64,000 nucleotides of DNA from Podarcis erhardii. Taxonomy: Eukaryota. The DNA is taken from the NCBI GenBank assembly GCA_964252035.1, contig OZ176202.1, one strand, 5' to 3'. A program made the translations under genes and the position numbers. The notes below the pieces were generated by a model. That model was not told the DNA's origin, made no database searches, and was given only the letters and a program-made list of their open reading frames with translations. Of the stretch, positions 49,880 to 62,460 are shown piece after piece; the stretch's first letter is position 1; each line of letters opens with the position of its first letter.

Positions 49880-49986
49880 ATGTGCACTGATGCCTTCACC
49901 ACCTTCTGGTACTTTGGGAAATGCATCATAAAGTGATGACACATAAGTGATTACTGACTTCTCATCAGGCGAGGAGACATCAACAT
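49880..49986 (-). CDS. DST: DST CH2 exon (D)[35 protein letters not shown]
   Basis: tttttttag|AT...CAT|gtaagt; 107 nt. Confidence 0.96.
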
Positions 49987-50096
49987 CTAAAAAAAAGACA
50001 CGACACAGCTAATGTCTACCATACATACATTAGAGTGTTACAATTCCAATGCAGTCTGATGCTACGATCTACTAAGGATCCCATTCACTAACTCAC

Positions 50097-50209
50097 CTTC
50101 GGGGTCCAGAAGTCTGGCAACACCAAGTTTTTCTGCTACAAAAAAAGCATGCTCTAAATTTGCAAGGTTGCTTTGAACAGCAACGGTATTCATGTCTATC
50201 AGGTCCGGC
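50097..50209 (-). CDS. DST: DST CH2 exon (R)[37 protein letters not shown]
   Basis: tcttgcag|G CCG...GAA G|gtgagt; 113 nt; the preceding CH2 exon (ISDIHV...HKYR) was not found up to 64000. Confidence 0.96.
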
Positions 50210-52759
50210 CTGCAAGACAAAAACAATCATTTAAGTTTGATTTTGGAAAATATTGTGGTAGGTAAGATCTTCATTAATTTCAATGGATGCATTTATGAAG
50301 GATATGACTCTTTCGTTGAGTTAGAAGAGGGGTTTTTCCTCCGTACCTAGGATGCAACCTGTTTCAATATTCAGCTTCAGGAAGGAATTTTCCCTCAAAT
50401 CATATTATTTGCGAAAAATAGTGGATACCTTGATCAGAGTCATTTCAGTTCTTTTCTAAACCCTAACTGTGCAGTCTCATCTCTCTGCTAGGGATAGGGC
50501 AAATCTCATGGGGATATTTTATGAAATGAAAGGGAGTTAAATGTGTTGAGATCCTGTAAAGGGTTGGGCTAACTGCCCTCAATAATAACATAAGAGAAGG
50601 CCGCTGGATCATGCCAATGACCCATCTAGTCCAGCAGCTTACTTCCACGAGGTCTGTATAACGCTGGACCAAAAGTTAAATTATTCCTTAGATCTTACAT
50701 TGTCTGGTCTTCACACAGTCTCTTTTTAACATTCACGATTAGAGGAACATCTCTTCTAGAGGTCCACATACTGTCTGCATCTCTCAATTTTGACAAGGTC
50801 CATTAATACCACCTCTCAATCAGTTACTCCATCAATAGCACTATAAGGCTTTAAATTCTTTAAAGACTGATGTCTGGCTAGACTGACTCAGCAAAGCCCA
50901 TCCCCAGTGGTATAAGTAGCATAGCAGCAGCAGCAACCAGAAAATTAAGAAAAACCTAAGGATGTATAGTGTCTCCAGTGAGCACCTAGTAGACCCTGCA
51001 AAGCAGAAGTAGATGCAGTACTCTATCTGAATGAAAATGTGACCCATAATTCAATCATTACCTAAGAGATGGTGCATCAGTGTAGATGATATTATATACA
51101 ATTACTTTTTAAGCGGCAAAATAAAGTACTTGATGTTAAGAAAGAGAAGTGAACATAAAAAGAGGTAAGTAAACAGGTAATTTCAGGGAACAACAGGGGA
51201 CAAAAGGACTTATTCATTTCCCTGCTGACAGAATTAATGAGATACGGTACAAATTCTAGCGACCATTGAAATTATTCACAGAGTAAACCTGAATTTATTT
51301 TGCTCCCCAATTTTGGGTTCACGTTTTGTCAAGTTTCCCTTTGTGTAGAAGACCTATTCCAATTCCTTAAAACAGAAGATGGATTTCAAGCAAAAGATGC
51401 AACAAAAACTCAGGACTTTAATATCGATAAGCTATGCCCATGACTTCAGTCTAAAGTTATTGTCTAAAGTGAAATTAATTCCTTCAACTGAAAAGGAAAA
51501 ACAGTAACATTTTCTACAGATTTAATATGCACACAAAGAACTACAAAGAATTGTTAGAAGAGTGAACTTGAAAAGCACTAATATTTTATGTCACAGTAAT
51601 GCAGAGGAAAGATTAAGGAGGATTTCACATCATAGCATATACTAAGTGAATTGGAAAAACAACAACATTTATAACTGAAAGCATATGCCTGCTGTTTTCA
51701 TTTTGCTGATATCCACGACATTTCATACATGCCGATAGTAATGAAGCAAAACGTGAGATGAAAAACACAAAATGATGCCTGTTCAGCTGCTGGCTTTTCA
51801 GGACAAGAAAGGGCAAGTTGTTATGCAAGCCTTGCCTGTTCATGGGAAAAGAAAAAACAACAAAACAGAAGCAACAATTATCTGGCTGAAAACGGGCAGC
51901 TAACAAAGTTTTCATCCAAGAGGGGGCAAGATTGGATTTTCTTCACAACAAAATAATGCTATTAACTGCAAAGGTACCGTTAAGTACTTGTCACAGATTT
52001 CAAACTAATATTTCTTACTCATGGTGCAGCATTGCATATGCACCAGAGGTAACCACTCTCAGTAAAAGTTGGTTAAAGCAATTCTAAAAAATGCTTTGCC
52101 AAGCAGCTTTTAACATAGTTCTTAAACAAGAGATTGAAACCAAGCTATCACTGGCACTATGTCTGCACCAAGCCTGAGTACATATGTGTATGTATATATA
52201 TCCCCATATTCAACGTTTACAGAAAAATGCTACCTTGTGCAAATTCTAAAATCTTTCAAATTGTGACATCATGCATATAATAGGAATATTATACTCTACA
52301 GTGTGCCTCAAGGGATAAATGACCCAGCCTTTAGTCATAACACTGTGAGTCATTCTATGGCAGGGATTTCAGAGAAGCTGGGTATTTGCCACCGAAGGAA
52401 ACACACGAATAACTCAGAAAGAGAGAGAATAATTCACTTGAAAAATTCTCAGCACTACATGCACCACACCCAAAATAAACCGCTCACTTTCCAAATACAT
52501 GATGTGTTTTTTTTCCCTTTTTACTTCTGAAAAGGACCTTCTTCTGTCAGACCTCTAAACAATATGGAGATAATGTGTTAATTAATTTAATTATGATGGG
52601 CAGCACAGAAAACTCTTTCAGATATTCTCTGAGATTTTTTAGGCTGCTTTCCATAATCACCCTTGTTCTCCCCACTCCAAAAAGCCACCCCTGACGTTTG
52701 GGAGGCCTTCCGTAGTGGAATCTAATGGAGCAGAAGGGGAGCAGAAGGGGATGGAAATG

Positions 52760-53330
52760 GGTATTGTCGGCCAGAAGGTGTTAAAGAAGGACCGAACATT
52801 CTTTATGTATGCAACAACGGCAGCAAGGATACTCATCGCAAAAAACTGGAAAACTCAAGATCTACCCACACTGGAAGAGTGGCAGATGCAACTGATGGAC
52901 TATATGCAACTGGCCGAGATGACTGGCAGAATCCGTGACCTGGGAGAAGAGAAGATGGAGGAAGACTGGGAGAAATTCAAGAAGTATTTACAAAAACATT
53001 GTAATTTGGTTGAATGTTAAAAAGGATGCTAGATTATAAAAAATTGGCCACCACTAAATTAGATTTGAAATTTGACGATAAGTGAGACTAAAGAAAATAT
53101 AAAATTTTTTGGAAGAAGTGCTAGATCATATTTGAATGTGTGGACATGAGATTGTAAACAAGTTGATAATTTGTTTGGAAAAAACTTTTAACGATGTAAA
53201 TGGGAGCGGGAGACGCGAGGGAGTCCAAAGAAGTGATGAAATTATGTCTGTGATAGAAGTAAGATTGTTTAGTATTTGTGCATTTATATTTAAAAACTTT
53301 AATAAATATTTATAAAAAAAAAAAAAAAAA
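52760..53330 (+). mobile_element. 5'-truncated L1-clade LINE (ORF2 C-terminus, 3'UTR, poly(A))
   Basis: ORF ...FFMYATTAARILIAKNWKTQDLPTLEEWQMQLMDY...; poly(A) to 53330; exact 18-bp TSD cagaaggggatggaaatg (52742-52759, 53331-53348). Confidence 0.9.
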
Positions 53331-54982
53331 CAGAAGGGGATGGAAATGAAACTGGGCAACAACATTTCAACGCACAGAAGTATGTGTGCATGAGCTATAG
53401 AAGATCCAGGCACAAAAACAGAGGATATAATGCAACTTTAAGACAGACACCAGAGAACAGAGCTGCACAAATCAGTGGTGCTCCCTAAATATATTTTGTT
53501 CTTACAAGATTTTGCTTAGAATGTACTACAAAGGGGGGGGGGGTGGAGGTTGTAAAACTGCAACACATCTAACAATAAAATAAAACAATGGTCTTGCGGC
53601 AGAACCAAGCTAGAGGTTGCTGTGCAAAGGAGGCACAAAATTTCTTATGCACATAAGCAAGCAAACTTAAGGCCCTGTTTCTATAAATATATAACATGTT
53701 TCTTCTGGTCTTGTGGTTAAGGAAGAGAAAAGCTTAACTCATGTCTGGGATCGGAAAACATGTCTTAGCTGCTGTGCTGCACCAAGCTAAAAAGAAAAGC
53801 ACTGCAACTGCAAGTTCTTCTCCAGGAGTAACCTATTTTTGTACAGTTCCGGTAAACTGTGGTTTGCTTTGTTATGATGTGCAAACCAGGCTAAAAAATT
53901 CTCATATTTTTCATTCCCCCACCCTGAAGTGCAGCTTCTCCCAAACCTGGGTGCTACTTCTAAACTCCCTCAAATTTAATAAGCCACTTACAATATAGCA
54001 CTGTAAGAGGGAGTTGTTCAGAAAGAAAGGTACACATTCTGTGCATATACAAACCCAAATTCACATAAAAAATAAGGGAGAATTACAATAGATTAACAGC
54101 TGGATCACAAATCTAAGGACAAATTCACAGCAAACACAGGACAACCACAGCAGGAAAAAAAGCTGGGGATGTTTACAGAGTTTGACCATCACGGATTTGC
54201 TGGCATATAACCCCAGAATATTCTCAAGCAGCCCAACCTGTTTAAATTAGGGTTGCGACTGGGTTTGCAAACCAGCTGGTATTTTATTGCTCTGACCATT
54301 ATTTTCTACCAGGTAACCTGTACTAGCTGCTAGAAAAAAACCATCAACCTCATAACCAGACAATGATTACACCCAGACAATGCCCTTGGCTGTACACTTT
54401 ACCTTACCAATTCCATTCTGTGTCTACCTCAAACAGCTAAACTTCTTCAGGTTCTGCCCTGGTTCCACCTGCTGGTATCAAACTATTTTTTGGTTAACAA
54501 CCCTAGTTGTGCCTATGGGATTATGGTATCTGGGCAGGGTGATTATGACCTCATCTCACACTTGGTGGATGCTTGGACATGACAATCAGAGACCAAAAGG
54601 GGGGGGGGGGATAATTCATACAACCATATAGAAATAAGTTTTTCTGCCACTTCAACAAATGAAACTTACGGGCAGCAATTGTAGGATGGGGAAAAAAATA
54701 AAGTAATTCTTCACACAAGACATATCTGATGTATTGAATTTACCAATACGTGGTACTGGCCACAAGCTTAGATAGTTTTTGAATGAGATGCTAGCCATGA
54801 TGGCTATATGGAACTCCCAAGTTCTTAGGCAGTGGGCTACAGAAAACCAGTTGCTGGTGAGCAACAGAGGTTATTGTCTTCAAGCTATGCTCTGACCTTC
54901 CCAGGTGTGTTTTGTTGGCCACTGTAGGAAGCAGGATGGTGCTGCCATGTCTCCTCTTATCTTCTTATAACTTCCATTAAAG

Positions 54983-55179
54983 CAGAGCTTTCCAAACTGT
55001 GAGTCACAACACGTTATTGTGTTGGCTGTGGTGTGTAGGTGTGTCACGCGACGTGTGTCCATATATATTATAAGGGGTTAGTTTAGCCTCCGGTTTGCTA
55101 GTAAAACTGAATTACCATTTCACAAAGTGATGCATGTCTAAAAAGTGCAACACCAACATGAAAAGTTTAGAAAGCTCTG
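54983..55179. mobile_element. hAT-type MITE
   Basis: TIR cagagctttccaaact/agtttagaaagctctg; partial TSD cattaaag/aactaaag. Confidence 0.75.
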
Positions 55180-55369
55180 AACTAAAGTTTCACCATCACA
55201 GATTTGCAGGCATATAGTCCAGAATATTCAGAAGCAGCACTTCAAAACACTGCACCCCACAAAGTATGTCTTAATTGGGTTTAAGGGGCATAACAAACCG
55301 CCTTAACAGTAAAATTATGCTGCTGCAGGTCACTGTTAATTAATTCTTGAAAAGCGAGTAAACTCAAGA

Positions 55370-55513
55370 TTGGATTTGGGGAACCTGTGGCCCTCTAGAT
55401 GCTGTTGTATAATATTCCTGTAATCCTTGAACACTGGCCATGCTGGGGGGGGGGGCGGCGGTGGTGGAATTTGGGAATACAACAACTGGATTGCCACATA
55501 TTCCCCATACCTG
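55370..55513. mobile_element. Degenerate palindromic MITE
   Basis: ggggaacctgtggcc ... gccacatattccccatacctg inverted ends; left boundary approximate. Confidence 0.55.
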
Positions 55514-56907
55514 CCCTAGATTCTGTCAGACTCAATCCTATCACTTGCCAGATTCACCCAGAAAATGCTCTACAACGTACCTTCGTGATTCCATCTTCTC
55601 TACCCCAAACCGCTCGACTTCTCTAGGTTATACTCTGCTCCACTTCCTGGCCCCACAGTATTTTTCAAACAAAATGTATACAACTCTAGTTGTAACCATG
55701 GGATTATGATACCTGGTCAGGGTGATTATGATGACATAATAACGTTATCTAGACTTGGGCATGACTACCAAGCAGGCAAAAATAAAGGCCAATTCATACA
55801 GCCATATGAATTGGCCTCACATTTGCTTGCCAACAGTTAGATCCAAGGAATTGGTACAATAAACACATGAGCAACAATGCATGACTGATGCTATTCAGTT
55901 CAAAAAAAAAAGAAAAAAGAAAAAAAGCTGCCTTTAAGCAGTAAATATGCACAAGCGTTTTCGGGACAGGCAATTAGCCAAAACAGTTTTAATCTCCCAA
56001 GAAGCAGGTTTAATGCTGTGCTTAGAATGCTGTGTGATTAATCTTTGACTGAAGAAAAACAAATGGTATGGTGATATTTCTTAGTCCACATAAAGGTAGG
56101 TCTCATATTCTGTGAGTATTACTATCTATCAGCAGAGGAGCCAGGGCTGGAAGTGTAAAATTAAGTGAACACCCAAGTATAATCTTGTTTGTTTTTTTAA
56201 TTGCTGTAATTAGGTAATGCATGCACATATGAAAAATTCCTAGCCTCCATACTCATAAAGGATAATAATGGACAGGTGCGTGAGACAGCCATACATTTCT
56301 CTGCACGAGGGAATTGCTAAAAGCCATCATAGACCACGCCAGGACATGTGCTGCTCATTAAAAATAATGCACGTGACTGAAGAAGGAATGGAAAGATTTC
56401 TGATTTAGACAACGCCTGTCACACCTTCTCATTGAAAAGGCTTCACTTACAGAAACTGTTGTGATTCCATTAGACCATATTCAGTCTAAAATGAAATAAA
56501 TTATGCAAAAGTCAGGGTTGACATATTAAATGCTTTAGATGCAAGTTTAGCTCAATTTGGTGTGCACCTTTGCATTTTGACATATTACCTCACTTCCACA
56601 ACCCACCTTTAGCCTTATTAGTGACTATACCTCATTCATGAGGAAATAAGAGTGCATTTCAATTGTTCAAAGCCAAGTGCATACATTTCCTCAGTAACCC
56701 TTTAAACATTAACTGTAAGTTAGGCCTGCTTGATCATTGCCATAATGCAGACTGGGGTTGTGGGTGGAGCTGAGCAAACTTTGGCCTGCCTGAAGTCAGC
56801 TAGCCTACTGATAAACAAGAAGATCTGAACAGAATAAATTTCAGACCCTTCATTCACACTCTTAGCTATTATTTCACAGCAGTGGTGGCTTCTTCCTCCA
56901 TCTAGCA

Positions 56908-57330
56908 CAGGGGTCCCCAACCTGCGGCCCATGGACCAGAAGGAGCCCACGGAGACCGTTTAACCAGCCCACGAGCTGCCCCCAAACCGAGCCACCTGCT
57001 TGGTGAGCCCCCGCGCGATTCGCTAAAGCGGCGTGGCACAACGCAGTGCCTCTCTTCCGTGGCTCCGGAAATCACTTCTGCACATGCCCAGATGCCGGAA
57101 ATTGCGGCTGCGCAAGTCTGTGGCACTGGAAATCGCTTCTGCGCATGCCCATATACCGAAAATCGCTTCTGCGCAGGCGCCATTTTCGGCATCTGGGCAT
57201 GCGCAGAAGAGATTTCCAGTTCCACAGACGCACAGATGCGATTTCCGGCGTCGTGCTGCGCCAGCCCTGCTCACGGAAGATCTCCGCAGGAGTGATCCGG
57301 CCTATGCCCGGTAAGCCTTGCCGACCCCTG
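56908..57330. mobile_element. hAT-type MITE, CpG-rich, with internal gaaatcgcttctgcgcatgccc repeats
   Basis: Ends caggggtcc...gacccctg; exact 8-bp TSD atctagca (56900-56907, 57331-57338). Confidence 0.9.
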
Positions 57331-57888
57331 ATCTAGCAGAAGGACTTTCTCCTTCATATCTTCACATTCACTAAACACAACGGGAAAGATCCAGCTAATC
57401 TGTTCTCTAGAAAATATTTTTATGTACAGGATTCACCTAATGAGCCCCATCAACAGAAGCCCTGTGCAAGGACTTCCACTTGAACAATGGGGCTTTCCCC
57501 CTCCTCTCCCCCCAAATTGGCGGGGACGTGCGTGCTGGAGGCAGAATAATCCCTAGAAAAACACAGGGGGAGAGAAAAGAGGGGAATGTTCCATTTGGCA
57601 AGCTCAAATGCTTGCTCAGAGAGAATAACTGGAAGAGCGTGATAAAGAATTCCATCCATATAATCTATCCACGTTGCCTTGGAAGCAGAGTTGAATGGGA
57701 AGCACATTCCAGCCTCTACTGCTTGGAAACTCAGGGCCACTGGGAGGCTGCATCCATAGCCTTGTAGAAATAACACTGCAGCAAGTGCAAGGCCAACCTG
57801 GCCCCATCCATCCAGCAGAGAAAGGAGCAGCTTCTCCCTCCCTGCCTGTTGTTCTGGGGCTGCAGAACCAAAGGAAGACTATGCTCTA

Positions 57889-58217
57889 AGGTAAAGGTAA
57901 AGGGACCCAACTCTGGGGTTGCGGTGCTCATCTCACTTTATTGGCCAAGGGAGCCGGCGTACAGCTCCCAGGTCATGTGGCCAGCATGACTAAGCCGCTT
58001 GTGGTGAACCAGAGCAGTGCATGGAAATGCCGTTGCTTTCCCGCCGAAGCGGTACCTATTTATCTACTTGCACTTTGACGTGCTTTCGAACTGCTAGGTT
58101 GGCAGGAGCAGGGACCAAGCAACAGGAGCTCACCCCGTCGCAGGGATTCGAACTGCCAACCTTCTGATCGGCAAGTCCTAGGCTCTGTGGTTTAACCCAC
58201 ATCGCCACCCGCGTCCC
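57889..58217 (-). mobile_element. Sauria SINE (Squam1), near full length with a short internal deletion
   Basis: tRNA-like head gggacgcgggtggcg, (ACCTTT)n tail; exact TSD atgctcta (57881-57888, 58218-58225). Confidence 0.93.
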
Positions 58218-58869
58218 ATGCTCTAGCAAAGCTATATAGGCCAAAGGACTAAGGACTGGTGCTACTGCTGTGCTCTCTCTCTCTCTGTATGTGTGTAAAG
58301 AAACAGTTTTGGCTTTGTTTTTGTATTATTACAACCTGCTGTTTGTACTGTAATTCACATTGAGAATCATTTGATTGATTAGCAGGGTATATTTACTCAG
58401 AGTAAGTAAATAAGTAATGAAAAATCTTATCAACAAAGTCCTCTCAAAATTCTAACCCCCAGTTTAGATCTCTCACCAACTGTTCACACATACAGCAACA
58501 TAAGGAATGGAAGATGGTGACAAAGTAAGTTTGCTTAAGATAGTAGTAAAGAAATCTCAGCACACTTCAAATTCAAATTTTTGCCCTGATGGGCACAGTA
58601 TTTTATCACTGTGAAGTTAAAAAACCACTTGGACAATTAGGCAATGACTGCCTTGAAAGGGAAATATAGCACAGCTTTCCTATGCTAAGAAAAAGGGAGT
58701 CATGCAATCAAAGAGCTGAATGAACTTTTTTTGGGGGGTGGGGGACACTGGAACTGAAGGAATGTAACCACCAGGATTTATTCCTTCTAAGCCTTGTCCC
58801 CAGCTAGGTTTGAATGAACAAATTAACATTTGTGGAGAAGTAAAATTAATTAATAACTTCCAACAGGTA

Positions 58870-59304
58870 TTGGCAGATGAAAATGATGGATTTTTCGGAG
58901 CTGGCCAATCTGACCGGAAGAGTCTGCGACCAGAAGGAGGAGGAGTACCAGGAAGAATGGACGAAATTTAAAGACTATTTAGTTAAATATGTTAAGTTAA
59001 ATTAATTGGAGATGTTTACAAAAAACAGATAGGCTTAGGATTGAAATAGGTAATATGATGAATTAATATGTTTAATGCGGAATTTGAAAGAAAGAAAGAT
59101 CTTAAGTGATTAAGTTAATTTTATAAGAATATTGGTTTTGGAAAACCGTTAGAATGATATCGACTGAAATTCAACCAGGGGGATACGAGGAAGTCATTTA
59201 ACAAAGTTACTAAGTTTGGTTTAAATATGGTTGAGATTTATGTTTGTTTATTTGTTTGTTAATTTTTTTTGGGGGGGGGGGAATAAAAAAAAATGGAAAA
59301 GAAC
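58870..59304 (+). mobile_element. 5'-truncated L1-clade LINE, related subfamily
   Basis: WQMKMMDFSELANLTGRVCDQKEEEYQEEWTKFKDYL similar to the 52760 copy; A-rich tail; TSD aacttccaac(a/c)ggta. Confidence 0.8.
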
Positions 59305-61247
59305 AACTTCCAACCGGTACGGTATCTGAGCTATACAGCTACTGCGCTTTAAGAAAAGGGGATGTCTCAAAATTTTCTCCATCTAAAGGGTAGTGGCATC
59401 TTCCCAAAATTCCACAATGCAGCACCAGAAGGAAAGATCTGCCACTTTGGCAAGGCAATGCACCCTAATCCCTCTTCAAAGTACTAAATGAACCTAGCTT
59501 AATAAGATCTGAAAGAATCAGAGGCATGGCACAGGCCACCCTAATATAATATTTTGCTTGTGCTTAAGCCTAAGAAACATTAGAATGAAATGGCCTGCAC
59601 AATTATTAATAAAGTTTCAGACACCTTAGCATTCTGAAATGTGGCATGATCCAACGGATGTTAAACATGCGTAGCGATTGCTGGCTTAGGCTCCATTTCT
59701 TTAAGTGTAAATATATAAAGTGATTTAGTGCTAAGATCCACTATGGAAAAGTATGCCTGTAGAGTAAATTAAAGACATTTGACTCAACCTGGAAGCTTAG
59801 TTCTCTTTCTCAGTCTGAAAATCCTTAGTCTTGAGGGCTTCATTGTAGCCAAGGCATGTAGGGTCCTCACAAAACGTCTCTATTCAATAAAATGAGGCTT
59901 ACCACATTCCTTCCTTCTCCCCCCTCTTAGTAGAGCTTTTATTTTCCCTTCAAAAGATAAGGCAATGGTAAGCTATTCTTTAGAAAATGGCAAGCAGAAA
60001 CTAAATAAAAATCTTTTGTCTTCCTTTCAAACGCATCTCATAGCAATCCAAGGCTTGACACTTAGTAATGTTTTGTTTCTTTCTGATTTGTAGCTGGAGG
60101 CAGTCAACAAGTTGTGGCAGATGTTGGCATCACCGCTTCTCCTATCCTCAAGGAATGTACTCAAGTTAGATCCTGATCGCCTGCAACATGTTTGAACATC
60201 ACTATGGTACGGCGTGTGCCAGCATTTGTCCTGCAGCCTGGCATGAAACAGAAGTTCCAAACCAAAGCTCCGCTGCATATGGCTGGTTTGCCTTGAAGGA
60301 GGGTTCAGACTTTTGAAAACTTTCCCCACCTAGAATTCTTTTCCTGTTCTTCTGCCACATTTGTAAACATCTGGCAACTCACATGGCTGTGTCTGTTGCA
60401 TGAAATCATCTGCAGGGCTAAATTTCTGCTTCTGCATATGGCCTTTTGTTGGCTTTTCTTCCTGTTCTTTGTAGGGAGGGCTACTGTTCCACACCTCCTC
60501 ATACCGCTAAAGCTTTTAAATAGCCCATTCAAGTCAAAGGAAGCCTTCCTAGCACTTTCAAAAGGCACTGAATTGGGCTCTTAACATTCCCTTTCTAATG
60601 TAATAGTAAACCTATCCTAGCATCTGTTCAGAGATGCAGCCAGTAAATATCTTTACCATTTATTTGCCCTTCTGGGTAATAATTCCCAACCTTTTCAATA
60701 TCCTTCCTATAATGTTATGCCAAGAACAGTACACAATAGTCCAGGTGCGCTCTTCACTAAGGTCTCTGTTATAGGAACGATTTTCCTATGCACACCTCCT
60801 CCCCAAATTTCTGTCCTCCTGGCTGCTACCAGATAATCCAATTTATTGGCATTCACCAGATTGTATGAAATGAGTGAGCAGTAGGAAAATAAAGTGGGGA
60901 AATGCATGTTGGTTGAACAAGACAAAGGACCCTTTTATAATTACATCTCACATATGCACCTTTGCAATGTACACAAAACATCTTGACCTCTGCTGCACAA
61001 GGACTCCTTAGTGCCCATGCACAATTTAAATGAAGTCTAAATATGCATTTGCTTGCGTTGTGCCCTCCCTAGCCTTGCCTCTCCCCATCTCTTCCCTCTC
61101 TCTGCTGGTTTATGTCTCTCACTGTGACCTTCTCACTCACCTTCTGATGTGTTTGCCCTGCCTTAATGTAGGTTATAGGCATGGCTGTTTGAGATCCGTG
61201 TGAATCTCCATCACAAGGCAACTGCTCAGTTACCTGGGGTGGTGAAA

Positions 61248-61427
61248 CAGTGGCGTAGCGTGGGTTGTCAGCACCCGGGGCAAGGCAAGTAATTTGCGCC
61301 CCCTAACCCGTGGATTTGCGCCCCCTAACCCGTGGATTTGCGCCCCCTAACCCGTGGATTTGCCCTAACCCCAGATGTTGCGCCCGGTGCGGCCGGCCCC
61401 CCCTGCACCCCCCACGCTACGCCACTG
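61248..61427. mobile_element. hAT-type MITE, same family as 7131-7637, opposite orientation, no cargo
   Basis: TIR cagtggcgtagcgtgg...ccacgctacgccactg; exact TSD tggtgaaa; three internal 22-bp tandem repeats. Confidence 0.92.
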
Positions 61428-62264
61428 TGGTGAAATGAGCATGAGCTAACACAAGAGGGAGACAGCACTTAGAAAGCAAGTACAGATTATTTATTCCTAT
61501 GTGCAGTTAGTGGAAAGAAAGCAACAAAAAACAAAGAAACACTCTCCCAGATCTTCTTGAGAAGCATATGTCATGAAGACCCCCAAAAGATATTCAGAGA
61601 GCTGTTCTACTTCAGGTACATGGAACAGGCAGACACAATTCTTCTTGTACAATGTTGTTGAAGAATTACATAATAAAGAGCCATTATTTTATTAGTCAAT
61701 AATCCTTATAACACGTGAACAACAAAAAACACTCGTAGGTCTTTAAACAGCTGAGAAGCCTCTCCATCTTTGTCCTTTTCTCTCATTCTCACACTACTTT
61801 TTCGAATTCCACTCCCAAAGCAAACCTCTCTGATTCACTGACTTGGAATGCTGCTGTCTATTACATGCAGCTTCCTCCCCAACACGCCAAAAAGGCTAAG
61901 TAATGCATTATACATGAAAACAAGGAGGGGCTGAAAGATCTGTCTCTGGAGCCTATTGTCTGGGAACCAGAGGCCTAACACATTTACACATGGATATTCT
62001 AGGGCTGCAAATTCTAACAGCACCACTGTGTCCCACTATCCCAGAGATAGATCTCAATGCCCCTAATTACTATGACACTTGTTCCAGTTGGCTGCCACAT
62101 CTTGTAGCTCCTTTGAAGAAGGAAAACCGGCCACGAACTACAGAACTCGGGGACTTGGAGTTCATCACATGTCACACAGGGCAAGACACCTCTCTCAGTC
62201 TCTCAAAGTATAGCTAGAGTTTATTGTACAATCACTCTCCCTGCTTCACTCCCTGGTTCTAACA

Positions 62265-62460
62265 CAGGGATCAGCAATCTTTTTCAGCCATGGGCCGGTC
62301 CACCGTCCCTCAGACCATGTGGTGGGCCGGACTATATTTTGAAAAAAATAATGAACCGATTCCTATGTCCCACAAATAACCCAGAGATGCATTTTAAATA
62401 AAGGGACACATTCTACTCATGTAAAAACACGCTGATTCCCGGACCATCCGTGGGCCAGAT
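62265..62460. mobile_element. Truncated hAT-type MITE (left end only)
   Basis: Begins cagggatcagcaatctttttcagccatgggccgg; no matching right TIR found. Confidence 0.55.

Larger units (their letters stand above)
1..50209 (-). other. DST: Dystonin gene body (BPAG1a/b/e), partial; the intron continues to the right window edge and the gene continues past the left edge
   Basis: 33 minus-strand exons whose translations match the dystonin CH2, plakin, BPAG1e rod/PRD and BPAG1b PRD sequences as I recall them; all have GT..AG ends and compatible phases. Confidence 0.98.

Noticed and set aside
56902-57336. Multiple ORFs in the CpG-rich block
   Set aside because: Lie within a MITE with a TSD; stop-poor because of GC content
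61290-61370. CRISPR-like or telomeric array
   Set aside because: Tandem 22-bp units without spacers inside a eukaryotic MITE; not CRISPR and not a true (TTAGGG)n tract
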